Positions 49,043-58,845 of a stretch of 59,786 nt of DNA are shown here, piece after piece. Position 1 is the first letter of the stretch. Every line of letters starts with the position of its first letter. Below the pieces are notes generated by a model that saw nothing but the letters and a program-made list of their open reading frames with translations, searched no databases and was not told the origin of the DNA. The stretch comes from Vermamoeba vermiformis (Eukaryota): positions 310,001-369,786 of the forward strand of contig JBEWZL010000270.1 in assembly GCA_045837725.1 (NCBI GenBank), read 5' to 3'. The translations under genes were made by a program, and so were the position numbers.

Positions 49043-52000
49043 GTCGGAGTGGCTCCTGCTCTCCACCTCCGACTTCCCTACCAGGGCAGGACCTAGTCAA
49101 TAATGTCGCCGACATCTCGTCAGTGGTGCCAGCGTCAATCTCGAGGACTGACCCACCCACAGAAACCAGGCCATCTGGGGTGGTTGAACCCATCAAATTA
49201 GACACTAAGACAGTGCTCTATGCGCCTATTCAGCTGTTCAACAGACAGATCCAAGCTTTGTTGGACACTGGAGCCTCGTGCAATCTAATCTCATCACAAC
49301 TTGTCAAACGCCTACTTGACCAGAAGCAGGACATTCGAGTCAACCTACAGCCACGTCAGGCTTCTGCCATCAACGACAGCAAACTCAAGATTGAAGGTAC
49401 TGCTATTCTACCTATCCGGTTTGCAAATGGCCTCAGCTATGACGTGAAGTTTGCCCTGTCTCCAGAGATCAATCACCTCGTAGTGTTGGGCATGGACTTC
49501 ATCAGGTTGACAAAGCCGTGCATGGACTTTGGCTCTGAGAATGTGTGGTTCCACGAGTCAACCCCTGACTACCCACAGCTACCCTTGAAGCGTAAGCGCA
49601 CAAAGCCCAAGTCAACGCGACAGAGGCGCAGAGAGTTGCGCGCAGAGCAACGTGAATTTATCAACTCTGTTACTGGCTATTCAATCAGTGACTTACTGGT
49701 CGACCCCTCCGAGGATACTGCTCGCGTGCCAGTTATCACACATGGCCACCTTAGTATACCTGCGCGATCAGAGACACTGTTCTTGCTACCAACACCTGTG
49801 CACTATCGCTCTGCTCTAGTTGTGCCAGCAACCAACTTTTACCACCAGTATGGAGTACAATTGGCTCTAGCTGTAGTTAGCATCAAGAACGGGAATGTTC
49901 CAATCCGTATCATCAATGCTAGTGAGCGAGAGGTCATCATCCCTCCATTACGGTGCATCGCTCACTTAGAGACTTATGAACTCATCCAGACCTCTGACGA
50001 AGTCAACTCCGTAGATGACAGTCCTATGGATGAGGAATGGGTTGATGCGCGCTTCAAATTCACGAACACTAAGCTGAGTGCAGCCCAATTGCATGAAATC
50101 AAGCTATTAGTGTGGCGCAATCGAGACAGATTCAGTCAAGTGTTAGGCAACACCAATGCAGCTGAACACCGGATCGATCTCACAACTGACACTACACCGA
50201 AAGCACACGGATATCGAATACCAGAGGCTCATTTGAAGGTGGTGCAAGGCGAGATAGACCGTATGCTGAATCTAGGAATCATTAGTCCCTCGAAGTCGCC
50301 CATGTCAGCTCCTATTGTCTTGGTGAAGAAGAAAGATGGCACGCTACGGTTCTGTGTTGATTATCGCAAACTCAATGCGATCACTCAGAAGGACGTCTAC
50401 CCACTGCCCCGTATCGATGACATCTTGGCCAAACTCTCTGGCAATATCTTCTTCTCTACATTCGATGCTGACAGTGGCTTCTGGCAAATATCTATCCGAC
50501 CAGAGGACCGTGCAAAGACTGCGTTCACTAGTCCCTTTGGGCTATTCGAGTTCAATAGGATGCCCTTTGGGCTGTGTAATGCACCTGCTACATTTCAACG
50601 TTTGATGGATGTCGTCCTCTCAGGCCTCCTATGGAAGAATTGCCTGGTCTATATGGATGATATCATCGTATTTGGTCGCAGTTTCGACGAGCATCTCGAC
50701 AATTTGACTCTAGTACTTGACGCCCTTCGAGCTGCCAACATCACTCTCAAGCATCAAAATGTAAATTGTTCTGCGAGGAGATTCAATTCCTTGGACATGT
50801 CGTGTCTTCAGCAGGAGTTGCAACAGACCCAGAGAAGGTGAACAAGATCAAGGACATGCCAGCGCCACGCAACGCTCATGAAGTGAGAATATTCACTGGC
50901 CTCACTGGGTATTACAGAAAGTTCATTAAGAATTACGCCACAAACCCTTAAATAAGCTACTGCGTAAAGAAGGAGAGTGGCAATGGGACACTCCACAGCA
51001 ACAAGCAGTTGACGAGTTGAAGAGGAGACTAACAGAAGCACCTATACTGGCGTTCCCTGACTTCAATCTGCCCTTCGTACTGTTCACAGATGCATCAAAT
51101 CACGGCATTGGTGCGGTGCTCTCTCAAGTTCAAGATGGCAAAGAGGTGGTAATCTGTTACTTCTCTCGAACCCTAAACGCTGCTGAACGAAACTATTCTA
51201 CTACGGAACGAGAATGCCTGGCAATAGTTGACGCCGTCAAGAACTTCCGCTACTACCTAATTGGTCGTCGATTTGAAGTAGTGGTGGACCATCACAGCCT
51301 TCGATGGTTGAAGACAGTCGGAGACAATTCACAGCGCTTGGCTTGTTGGAGTTTACAGCTACAAGAGTTTGATTACGACGTCTCTTATCGTCCTGGTAAA
51401 CAGCACGCCAACAGCGATGCCCTCTCACGACTTACTGGAGAAGTTGTCAATATGGTCAGCACAATCAGTGACTTCCGTGATGAGCAAATGCGAGATCCAA
51501 TGCTGCGTAGCTACATTGAATACTTGACAAAGAAGACTCTTCCACCTGATGAACTTCTGCGACAAGACATTATCAAGGCATGTCGCGAACTGTCAGTGAT
51601 CGATGGACTGCTATTTAGAATCTGGTATCCTCAAGGCCGTCGTAACAGCGAACCAAGATCTCAACTTGTCGTTCCGTTGACTTTATACGCCAAAGTTATT
51701 GAAGAGCATCACGACTCAAGCATTGCTGGACACCTTGGTTTCTTCAAGACATATGAACGAATCCGTGAACGCTATTTCTGGGATCATATGCTTCAAGACA
51801 TCGCTACTTGGGTCTCGACCTGCGAGCAGTGCATCCGTCGTAAGTGAACAAAGTTAACTGGGCTACTACAACCCATACACTCTTCCGCACCATTCGAAAC
51901 AATAGGAATGGACATATTAGGCCCCTTCAACCCTACACGCAATGGCAATCGCTACATTATCGTCATTGTCGACTACTTCACTAAGTGGGTTGAAGCGTTC

Positions 52001-53080
52001 GCACTTCCAGATCAATCAACAATGGAGATTGCAAAGAAATTAGTTGAAGAAGTTATATGCCGACATGGTGCTCCTCGTCGTATCCTCACTGATCAAGGAA
52101 GCAACTTCTCGTCAGCACTGGCTCAAGACATCTACCGTGTGTTGAATTCAAAGAAGGTGCGCACAACAGCCTACCATCCACAGACGGATGGCTTAACAGA
52201 AAAGTTCAACCACACGCTTGCTACCATGCTGACTCATTATGTCAACGAGTTTGAAGATGACTGGGACGACTATATCAATTATGTCCTATTTGCTTATCGC
52301 ATTGCAGTGCATCACTCTACTAAGTACTCTCCGTTCTTCTTGTTATATGGACGACAAGCACGAATGCCCAGTAACTTAGATCAATTCGAAAGAGTGGATG
52401 AGTCACAACCAGACATTGACGAGTATGCACGCGACTTGTTGCGTAAGTTGAACATAACCTACAGCGATGTACGCGACAACAATCTATTAGCAAAACAACG
52501 TCAAAAGAAGCAATACGATCGCGTAAGGATCAAAGAAAGCATTAAGGTTGGAGACAAAGTTTATTTGGATTTGATAGTTGGATCAAAACTTTCGTACAAG
52601 AACGAAGGGCCTTTCAAAGTCACACATGTGAAAGGTTTAGTCTGTGACATTCAACATTTAGAAAACAAACGCGATGTTAGACGAGTCAACGTCAGTCAAC
52701 TACGACACACACCAACTAGAATTAACAACAACGGAGAGAGCTCTTCTACCGACTCTCAACAGAACCACGAGTCTCATGTGGATAACAAAGAGATATTGCA
52801 ATCAGCTGAGCCGCCTACCAGCGAGATTGTGCGCAAGAAGAAAACACGAGAGCCAACTCTTCTCAAAGATTTAACAAGAATCAAAGACAGCTTGTCAGAA
52901 TCGAATTTTTCCTCCAACAAGAAATTGGTTCTTCAATTGCTCGGCAAAGGATCGCCTTTCATTTCCTCCAGCAGATTAGAACAACAGTACGACAAGCAAA
53001 TCAAAGCAACGGACAATGCCGAAGAATTGAAGAAATTTATTTCTGAAGTCATTCGCGACAACGGAGCGTCGCGTCTTTAA
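49027..53080 (+). pseudogene. pol: Pol polyprotein (protease, dUTPase-like, RT, RNase H, integrase) with two frameshifts and one in-frame stop
   Basis: LLDTGAS; RFCVDYRKLN; YMDDII; TDASNHGIGAVL; HHCC zinc motif; TDQGSNF; frameshifts at about 50750 and 50941; TGA at 51845-51847. Confidence 0.95.
49030..49091 (+). promoter_or_regulatory. Predicted -1 ribosomal frameshift signal: slippery G GAA AAC plus H-type pseudoknot
   Basis: pol frame is -1 relative to gag; stem 1 AAGTCGGAG (49041-49049)/CTCCGACTT (49067-49075); stem 2 TCCTGCTCT (49054-49062)/AGGGCAGGA (49083-49091). Confidence 0.75.
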
Positions 53081-53096
53081 AAGATGGGGGGAGGAA
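53079..53096 (+). promoter_or_regulatory. Polypurine tract
   Basis: AAAAGATGGGGGGAGGAA directly before the 3' LTR. Confidence 0.9.
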
Positions 53097-53214
53097 TGTA
53101 ACACCACGCGCGAAAAGAGTTCGCGCTAGGCGACATATCGCCTGAAATCTCGCGATAATCTCGCGAGATAAAAACACTTTGTATCGTTATTTATTGTACG
53201 CTTTACTCTTATAT
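53097..53214 (+). repeat. 3' LTR, first part
   Basis: Matches 46663-46780 up to CTTATAT. Confidence 0.95.
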
Positions 53215-53429
53215 GGCAAGATCCACGAGTCTCAGCTTATGAGAAATAGTAATATGTAAGCAGAACAAGAAGAAAACTGTAAAAGTTTAACAAAAATAAA
53301 GGCGTTCGATGATGAAACTGCAAAATTTAAAGATAAAAGGAGTAGTAAAATAAATTCTAAGAATACCAATTTATTTAGTTAGTAGAGCAAAAACCTTTGA
53401 GCAAGGATAAAAAGATCTACAAAAAGTGC

Positions 53430-56158
53430 TTAGTCGTCTTCTTCTGTTAAAGCAAATCGACGGACTGGTGACATTTGCCCGTCTTCTGCATCACCAACAT
53501 CAGCTTCTTCAACATTGTTGTTGTTGTTGAATTTCGGCATTGGAGTGGTTCCTCGGACACTTGGAGTAACAGGCAACAAAGGCTCATCAAAGGCGTCTGG
53601 CAAAAAAGCTTTGGCTGGAGTGCTTGGCTGTTGGGCTGTCCCCTCAGGTGCAGCAAGAGAGGACACAGCAAGGGCAGTAGAGACAGCTAGAGCAGCCTGG
53701 GGGTCATCGACAGAGCGGCTCAAAACTCGGCAAACGTGGGCTTTAATCTTGTTCTTCAGTGGGCCGTTGGTGATGTAGCCCACATAGCTGCGGCTTGATA
53801 GGGCAGCAGCAATGTAACCGGTCTGTAAATGAGTTAGTAAAGCAAGGCGAAGGATACAACACGACATACACCAGATAAGTTGTTGAGCTCCAAAATAACA
53901 CCATCAGCAGGAGTGTAGACAGAGAAGATGAACCACAGAACCTGGACTGGAGGTTGGCGGGGAAACAATGCCGTTGAGGTCAAACTGAGCTTTTCACGAA
54001 GCATCTCGTAAGCAGGAGGTGTTTTAAAGACACCATGCTGCCAATTTGGGTTGTAATGACCATGCTTGACCCAGTTGCCTTCATTGGTATTAAAACATGG
54101 AGCATTGCCTGCACGAAGGCGCAAGAAGTAGAAATCCCACGTGGTTTGAACAGGATTAATGCCAGTGAAGGACTTAACAGGAGGGGCGCTCAGGCATGCA
54201 GTGTACTTGAACTCGAAAACCAAAGGATTCTGTGGTTGAGAAAGCGAGTGAAAAATTGAATACGCTGCACTTGGATCCGCAAGAACGACCAGGCGAGAAG
54301 AAAGGTGCATGCATTTCAGAATTGGCTGCAGCAAGGAGTTGCGGAATTGCTCAGCATTTTCAAGCACCAAGAAAATAAGATCTGCTCTGAGCTGCAGCTG
54401 AATATGAGAGAAGGAGTTCACCACTCGGAAATGCGGGTCAAAATGCTTTTCAACATTAGCCACCAAGTCTTTGCGGAAGGGAACATCCTCGTCCACGTCA
54501 CTCTCGGATTCATCATTGCCAGGCGCAGTAATGACAGCGCCTTCATTATCGTCCTTCTTCTGCGAAACGTAATGAGAAAAGAAAAACGCGTGGCGCGTTT
54601 TTGGTGACTTACATTTGTACGTGACTTTTTTTGTGGTGGTTCTGCATCTGCAGGTGCAGCAGGGTCGCGGTCTCGTTTTCGGGATTCCTTTTCTGGAACG
54701 GGGAGATCAACTGGCAAGCGTTCTTTAAGAACCTTATCTGCACCTTTCGTGTTCTTTGAGGCAGTAGGTGACTTCTACAACGAGTCAGATTGGTGGAGGC
54801 AAAAACGCGTGGCGCGTTTTTAAGGGTACTTACAGGTACTGTTTTCGTTGTTGCAACAGCTTTGACTTTCACACTTTTCACAGCAACTGAGGCGTTCAAA
54901 TCTTTGATGAAGGCTTGCATTGCAGCACTCTCCAGATCATTTGCCGTAGCGGTCTCCAATGCTTCAAAAGTTCCAGCTTGGATTGCTTCCACATAGTCTT
55001 CCAGAAGATCCGCATTGGGTGCCTGCTGTCTGACATAATCAACCATTGAAACAATGTGTGCTTGACGAGCAACGATGCCAGAAAACTCTGAAAATGATTA
55101 GATGGTAAAAACGTGCCACGCGTTTTTGCTTACCAGTCAAACTTGCTTTGTTGTCGTTTTTGATAGCCCACGACACAAATTCCTCAATGGCAGCAAGTTT
55201 GTACATATCGTCCAACTTCCAGAATGCTTTGTTCTCAGTGATGCAAGATAGCTTCATGGGGTTTTTGTAGCCGTACTTCAGATGCAACTCCTTGAGTTTC
55301 TTGTAAACAGCGTTTTGGGCAATGTCTTCCGCTCCTTTGTTTGTTAGCTTGTTGTACGCAGTGTACAACTTCTTGGCCGAGTCCAACGCGAGCCCATCAC
55401 GTTTTCCCTGTCATCCTCGTTAGAAAGAATTATTGGCCTTCAAATATTGCTACTTACAGACAACTGGTGAATGCGTGCCCAGTTTACCGTGACCTTTTTT
55501 CCCTTCGTTTTTGTTCGTACACCAGGCATTTCAAGGTACCGAATTAGCTTCTGCAGGTACTCGAACCAAGGGGCTTTGGCAGTACCATCTTGTGCTTTAG
55601 CGTTATTTGCACCAGCAAGAACCTCGCGTTCTTCTTCAGTCATGGTAACTCCGTTGAGAGAAGCCTTCAAAATGAGGCATGGCCACTCTTCAATATCACT
55701 ACAAAAAGTTAGCTAGAGCAAAAACGCGCCACGCGTTTTTACTCACTGGCTTTGGAAAACTTCAAAACGGTGATTTCCACCAAGAATTAGGTACTCGGGC
55801 TTCTTATCTTTGTTAATTTTGTCTTCTTTGGGAAGCTCTTGTAACAGAAAAGGCTCGCTATAATCCAAGCCTTTGTCGAAGTTTCCTCCACCCATCTTTA
55901 TTATTTGTTGCTCGATGGTTTTTTTGCCTTCTTCCGTCACCAAACGGTAGTTTCCTGAATGGAGGTTAGTAAAAACGCGCCACGCGTTTTTGCTCCCGTA
56001 CCTCGTTTTGTCATTTGAGACAGCAGAACATTGCGTGGCTTATCGTACTTCAGCCATTTCTGGAGCAGTTCTATGGGCTTGTCTATGTTGACGAGCTGTT
56101 GTTCCTCGTCTGTATCCTCCTGTTTCTTGGAGGTATTTCTTTTATTTGTGTTGCTCAT
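53430..56158 (-). CDS. Transposon cargo protein (792 aa): N-terminal ParB/sulfiredoxin-like domain plus C-terminal degenerate beta-class N6/N4 DNA methyltransferase-like fold
   Basis: Seven GT-AG introns (55955-56001, 55699-55746, 55408-55457, 55088-55133, 54775-54833, 54560-54612, 53823-53869) give a 2379-nt open frame; EYLILGGNHRFEV...EWPCLIL; FPRQPPVQVLWFIFSVYTPADGVILELNNLSGTGYIAAALSSRSYVGY. Confidence 0.8.
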
Positions 56159-56883
56159 GTTTGAAGGGAATGAATAATGACCGAATAAAATTTTTTTTTG
56201 TTCGATGGTTTGACCAAACGTTGACCGTTGACCAAACGTTGACCAGGTCCAAAAGGAAAAACGCGCCACGCGTTTTTGCTATTCATATGGTTAATCACAA
56301 CAAGAATGGACACACCTCTTCTTGATGTCGTTCTTGCTCTGCCTCCGCACGAAATTGAGCCTGCTATTTTGGACGTTTTGCAGCATCATCGCGTCACTCC
56401 GCACTTGCGTGTTCTCAAGCATGCTTCTGTCCAGCATGCTCTGCTATCAAATTACGGTAGATCCCTGCGGATTGCGGCAAGCAGTGAACGCACTTCAGGG
56501 TTCTTCCGTGGATCTTTGTCCTCAATGCTTCACGCTTCGATTGACAAGGCAGCAGTTGCTTCATTGCTTAATGTATCACCAAGTAGCGTTTCTCGTGCTC
56601 TTTCCATTTCAAATGAACGCTATCACAATGGGTTAATGACTGGCATTCACAACAAGTTTGCTTCCCCCACCAAGTACAAAGTTAGTCGACTTCCCGTGGC
56701 CACCTCCATTGTGACTGATTGGATAATTTCACACTGTCGCCCTTCTGCAAACTCGGCAAATGTTGTTCGCAATCGCAATGCTGATGGCACATGGTCTTAT
56801 GAAATAATGCACTACCACAATGAATCAATTGCAGAGCTGTTCACCAAGTACAAGGCAGGTACCAAAAACGCGTGACGCGTTTT
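54582..56883. repeat. Seven dispersed 21-bp palindromes AAAAACGCG-N3-CGCGTTTTT
   Basis: Copies start at 54582, 54801, 55107 (one C>T), 55720, 55971, 56257 and 56864 (TGA spacer, one T short). Confidence 0.95.
56210..56277. promoter_or_regulatory. Putative bidirectional promoter: four TTGACC hexamers plus one palindrome
   Basis: TTGACC at 56210, 56221, 56228 and 56239, in the 147-bp gap between the divergent ATGs (56158 and 56306). Confidence 0.5.
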
Positions 56884-58343
56884 CTAATACCCTTCCTTCA
56901 GGTGCAACATCAAGCAGATGCTGTTGGCAAATCTACGTTCTATTCACTTGTGCCCAAATGTGTTTATCTTCAGCCCTACTATTCTGGCCTCTGCCCAACA
57001 TGTGCATCTGATAAACATTGGCAAATGATGCTTAATCGAAACAGGCGCTCTTGGCATGCCGACTGCCACTGCCAGTGCACCTACTGCACAGTTTACAACC
57101 ATGCTCTGTCATGCCCTGCTGATTGTGTTTGCAAAGGTGATGAGTGTCCTATTGAAATGTCAAACATTCCACAACAATGGATTGTTCCTCAGGCCAGCAA
57201 GGCTCTGCGCAATGACCGCGACAAGCATGCCCCAAATCAAATGGTACATGTATGGCAGCAAGGCACGCGCCTTCAGTTCATGGAGAATTGCAGTCTTGTT
57301 GCTGAAAGGTGCACTGATCACAAGCTTCATGTTTCTTGGCAAAAGCAAGTTATTTCAACACTTAAGAAAAAGCTTCCTTGGAACACTGTAATGATGCGCT
57401 GGGATTTCTTGATGAACTATTCCCATGTTAGCTCAGTTGAAGTGGGCAATGCTTTCTATGGGCGCCGCCAGTCTACTGTTCTAATTGCCACTGTCTGGTA
57501 TCATGGACCTGACAGTACGCCAGAATCCCCAAAAATCACCAAAACCTACCATGCATTTGTCAGCCCTTACCTGTCCCATTCTTCTTTGGTTTTTCAGAAA
57601 GCATTTGCTGCACTACTTCCACAATTGGATTTGCACACAGATGTTGTCAACTGCATCATTCTCTCCGATGGTGGCATGCAGCATTTTAAAAACAGAATCT
57701 CAATGCATTGGGGAACAACTGTCTTCAACAAGTTCAACATCTGCTTACGTTGGATAATTGACCCTGCTTACCATGGCAAGGGTGAATGTGATGGCCGTGG
57801 TGCTAAGCTGAAAAAGAAAGCTAAAATTCATGTTCTCAAGGAGATGGTTTCCTTGATACTCCAGAACAGCTAGCCAATTATTGGAATACAGTGCCAGGAG
57901 GCACTTCTTCGTTTCTCAACATAGACTGGGAGGACACAGAACAGGATGTGCAGACGATAAATGGCATTAAAGCCTGCTATGACTTCTGCTTCTCACGCAA
58001 TGAAACTCAGTTGTACATGAGGAAATGGCCTTGTGTGTGTGCCGACTGCCTTGACTTTAACTTTGGCAGTTGCAAGCGAGGTGCTCAAGTAGGAGAATGG
58101 CTGTTTCGTCAGACAAAGCCAACCAATGTAAATCACCCAAAAGGACTCAACCCTCCTGTTGTTGTGGAAGAAGAAGTCGAACACTGTGAGGTTGAGAAAA
58201 TTGTTGGTAAACGTATGTTCAAAGACAAAGTACAGTATCAGATTAAGTGGCTTGGTTTCACCGAAGAGTACAATGAATGGAAGTACGAAGATGAAATGGA
58301 TTGCGAAGACCTTGTTCTTGCTTTTGAAAACGATCACAAATAA
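56306..58343 (+). CDS. Sola2-like DDE/DDD transposase with Cys-rich regions and C-terminal chromodomain; GC-AG intron 56855-56901; 1-nt frameshift at about 57840
   Basis: Catalytic-core motifs WDFLMNYS, LSDGGMQHFKN, YHGKGECDGRGAKLKK; CVCADC; EVEKIVGKRMFKDKVQYQIKWLGFTEEYNEW. Confidence 0.85.
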
Positions 58344-58443
58344 AAATGCAACCCTTTTATTTTTGTACAATAACAGCAATTTCAACATAAAAATAAATTC
58401 TTGTAAATATTGGCGGTTTTGGCTGAGACTCGTGGATCTTGCC

Positions 58444-58491
58444 ATATCAATAAACACAACTTACCGTTATTATTCCGACGGTTATTCTACA
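58444..58491 (+). repeat. 3' LTR, second part (begins with the duplicated ATAT)
   Basis: ATATCAATAAACAC...TTCTACA identical to the 5' LTR end. Confidence 0.95.
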
Positions 58492-58845
58492 TAGCCATAC
58501 TTCAAGTGCATTCTTTTCGGTAACATTGAAAGATAGCGTTCGATTGGACACGGCAGAATTGGATCTCGTTAATTCTTTGAAATTCGTCAAATCTTCAGTC
58601 CTCCATTTTCCTTTAAATTGCTCCATAAATTATTAGATTATTAATTTAATTTCAATTAAAATATTTTCGAGCAAATATTTAATTCGTGCTGGGATGTGGC
58701 TTACAACATCGACAGAGGCCGGTTTAACTACGATATGCAGCTCCATTATACTAGTAAATTATAGTAAAATAATTATTGTACACCCCGTGTGCTTCAATCT
58801 AACGCGAAACGCGTTTATTATTTTCGACGACGCAACCAAGGAATT

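Larger units (their letters stand above)
53215..58443. mobile_element. Sola2-like DNA transposon (5229 bp) carrying two divergent genes
   Basis: Perfect 22-bp TIRs GGCAAGATCCACGAGTCTCAGC (53215-53236 and 58422-58443); 4-bp TSD ATAT confirmed against the empty site in the 5' LTR. Confidence 0.93.
46663..58491 (+). mobile_element. Ty3/Gypsy LTR retrotransposon, full-length but decayed; 3' LTR interrupted
   Basis: TG...CA LTRs, 5-bp TSD TAGCC (46658-46662 and 58492-58496), PBS, PPT, gag-PR-RT-RH-IN order. Confidence 0.97.
46238..58626 (-). pseudogene. LRR-family gene split by the Gypsy insertion (pieces 58492-58626 and 46238-46662)
   Basis: Removing the element and one TAGCC copy restores one frame: MEQFKGKW...NALEVW-LLNILAASDSNIH...LKRNTSLEKFII...LAKNQTLKQLKI. 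Confidence 0.85.

Noticed and set aside
51845-51847. Programmed stop-codon readthrough in pol
   Set aside because: It lies inside integrase in a copy with two other frameshifts; a CGA>TGA mutation is simpler
53823-54559. Active DNA methyltransferase
   Set aside because: No DPPY/NPPY/SPPY motif and FxGxG reads LNNLSG, so it is called degenerate only
54560-56901. Palindrome-bearing introns as Introner/MITE insertions
   Set aside because: Similarity is limited to the 21-mer; intron ends and flanks differ and no consistent TSD is visible (not fully excluded)
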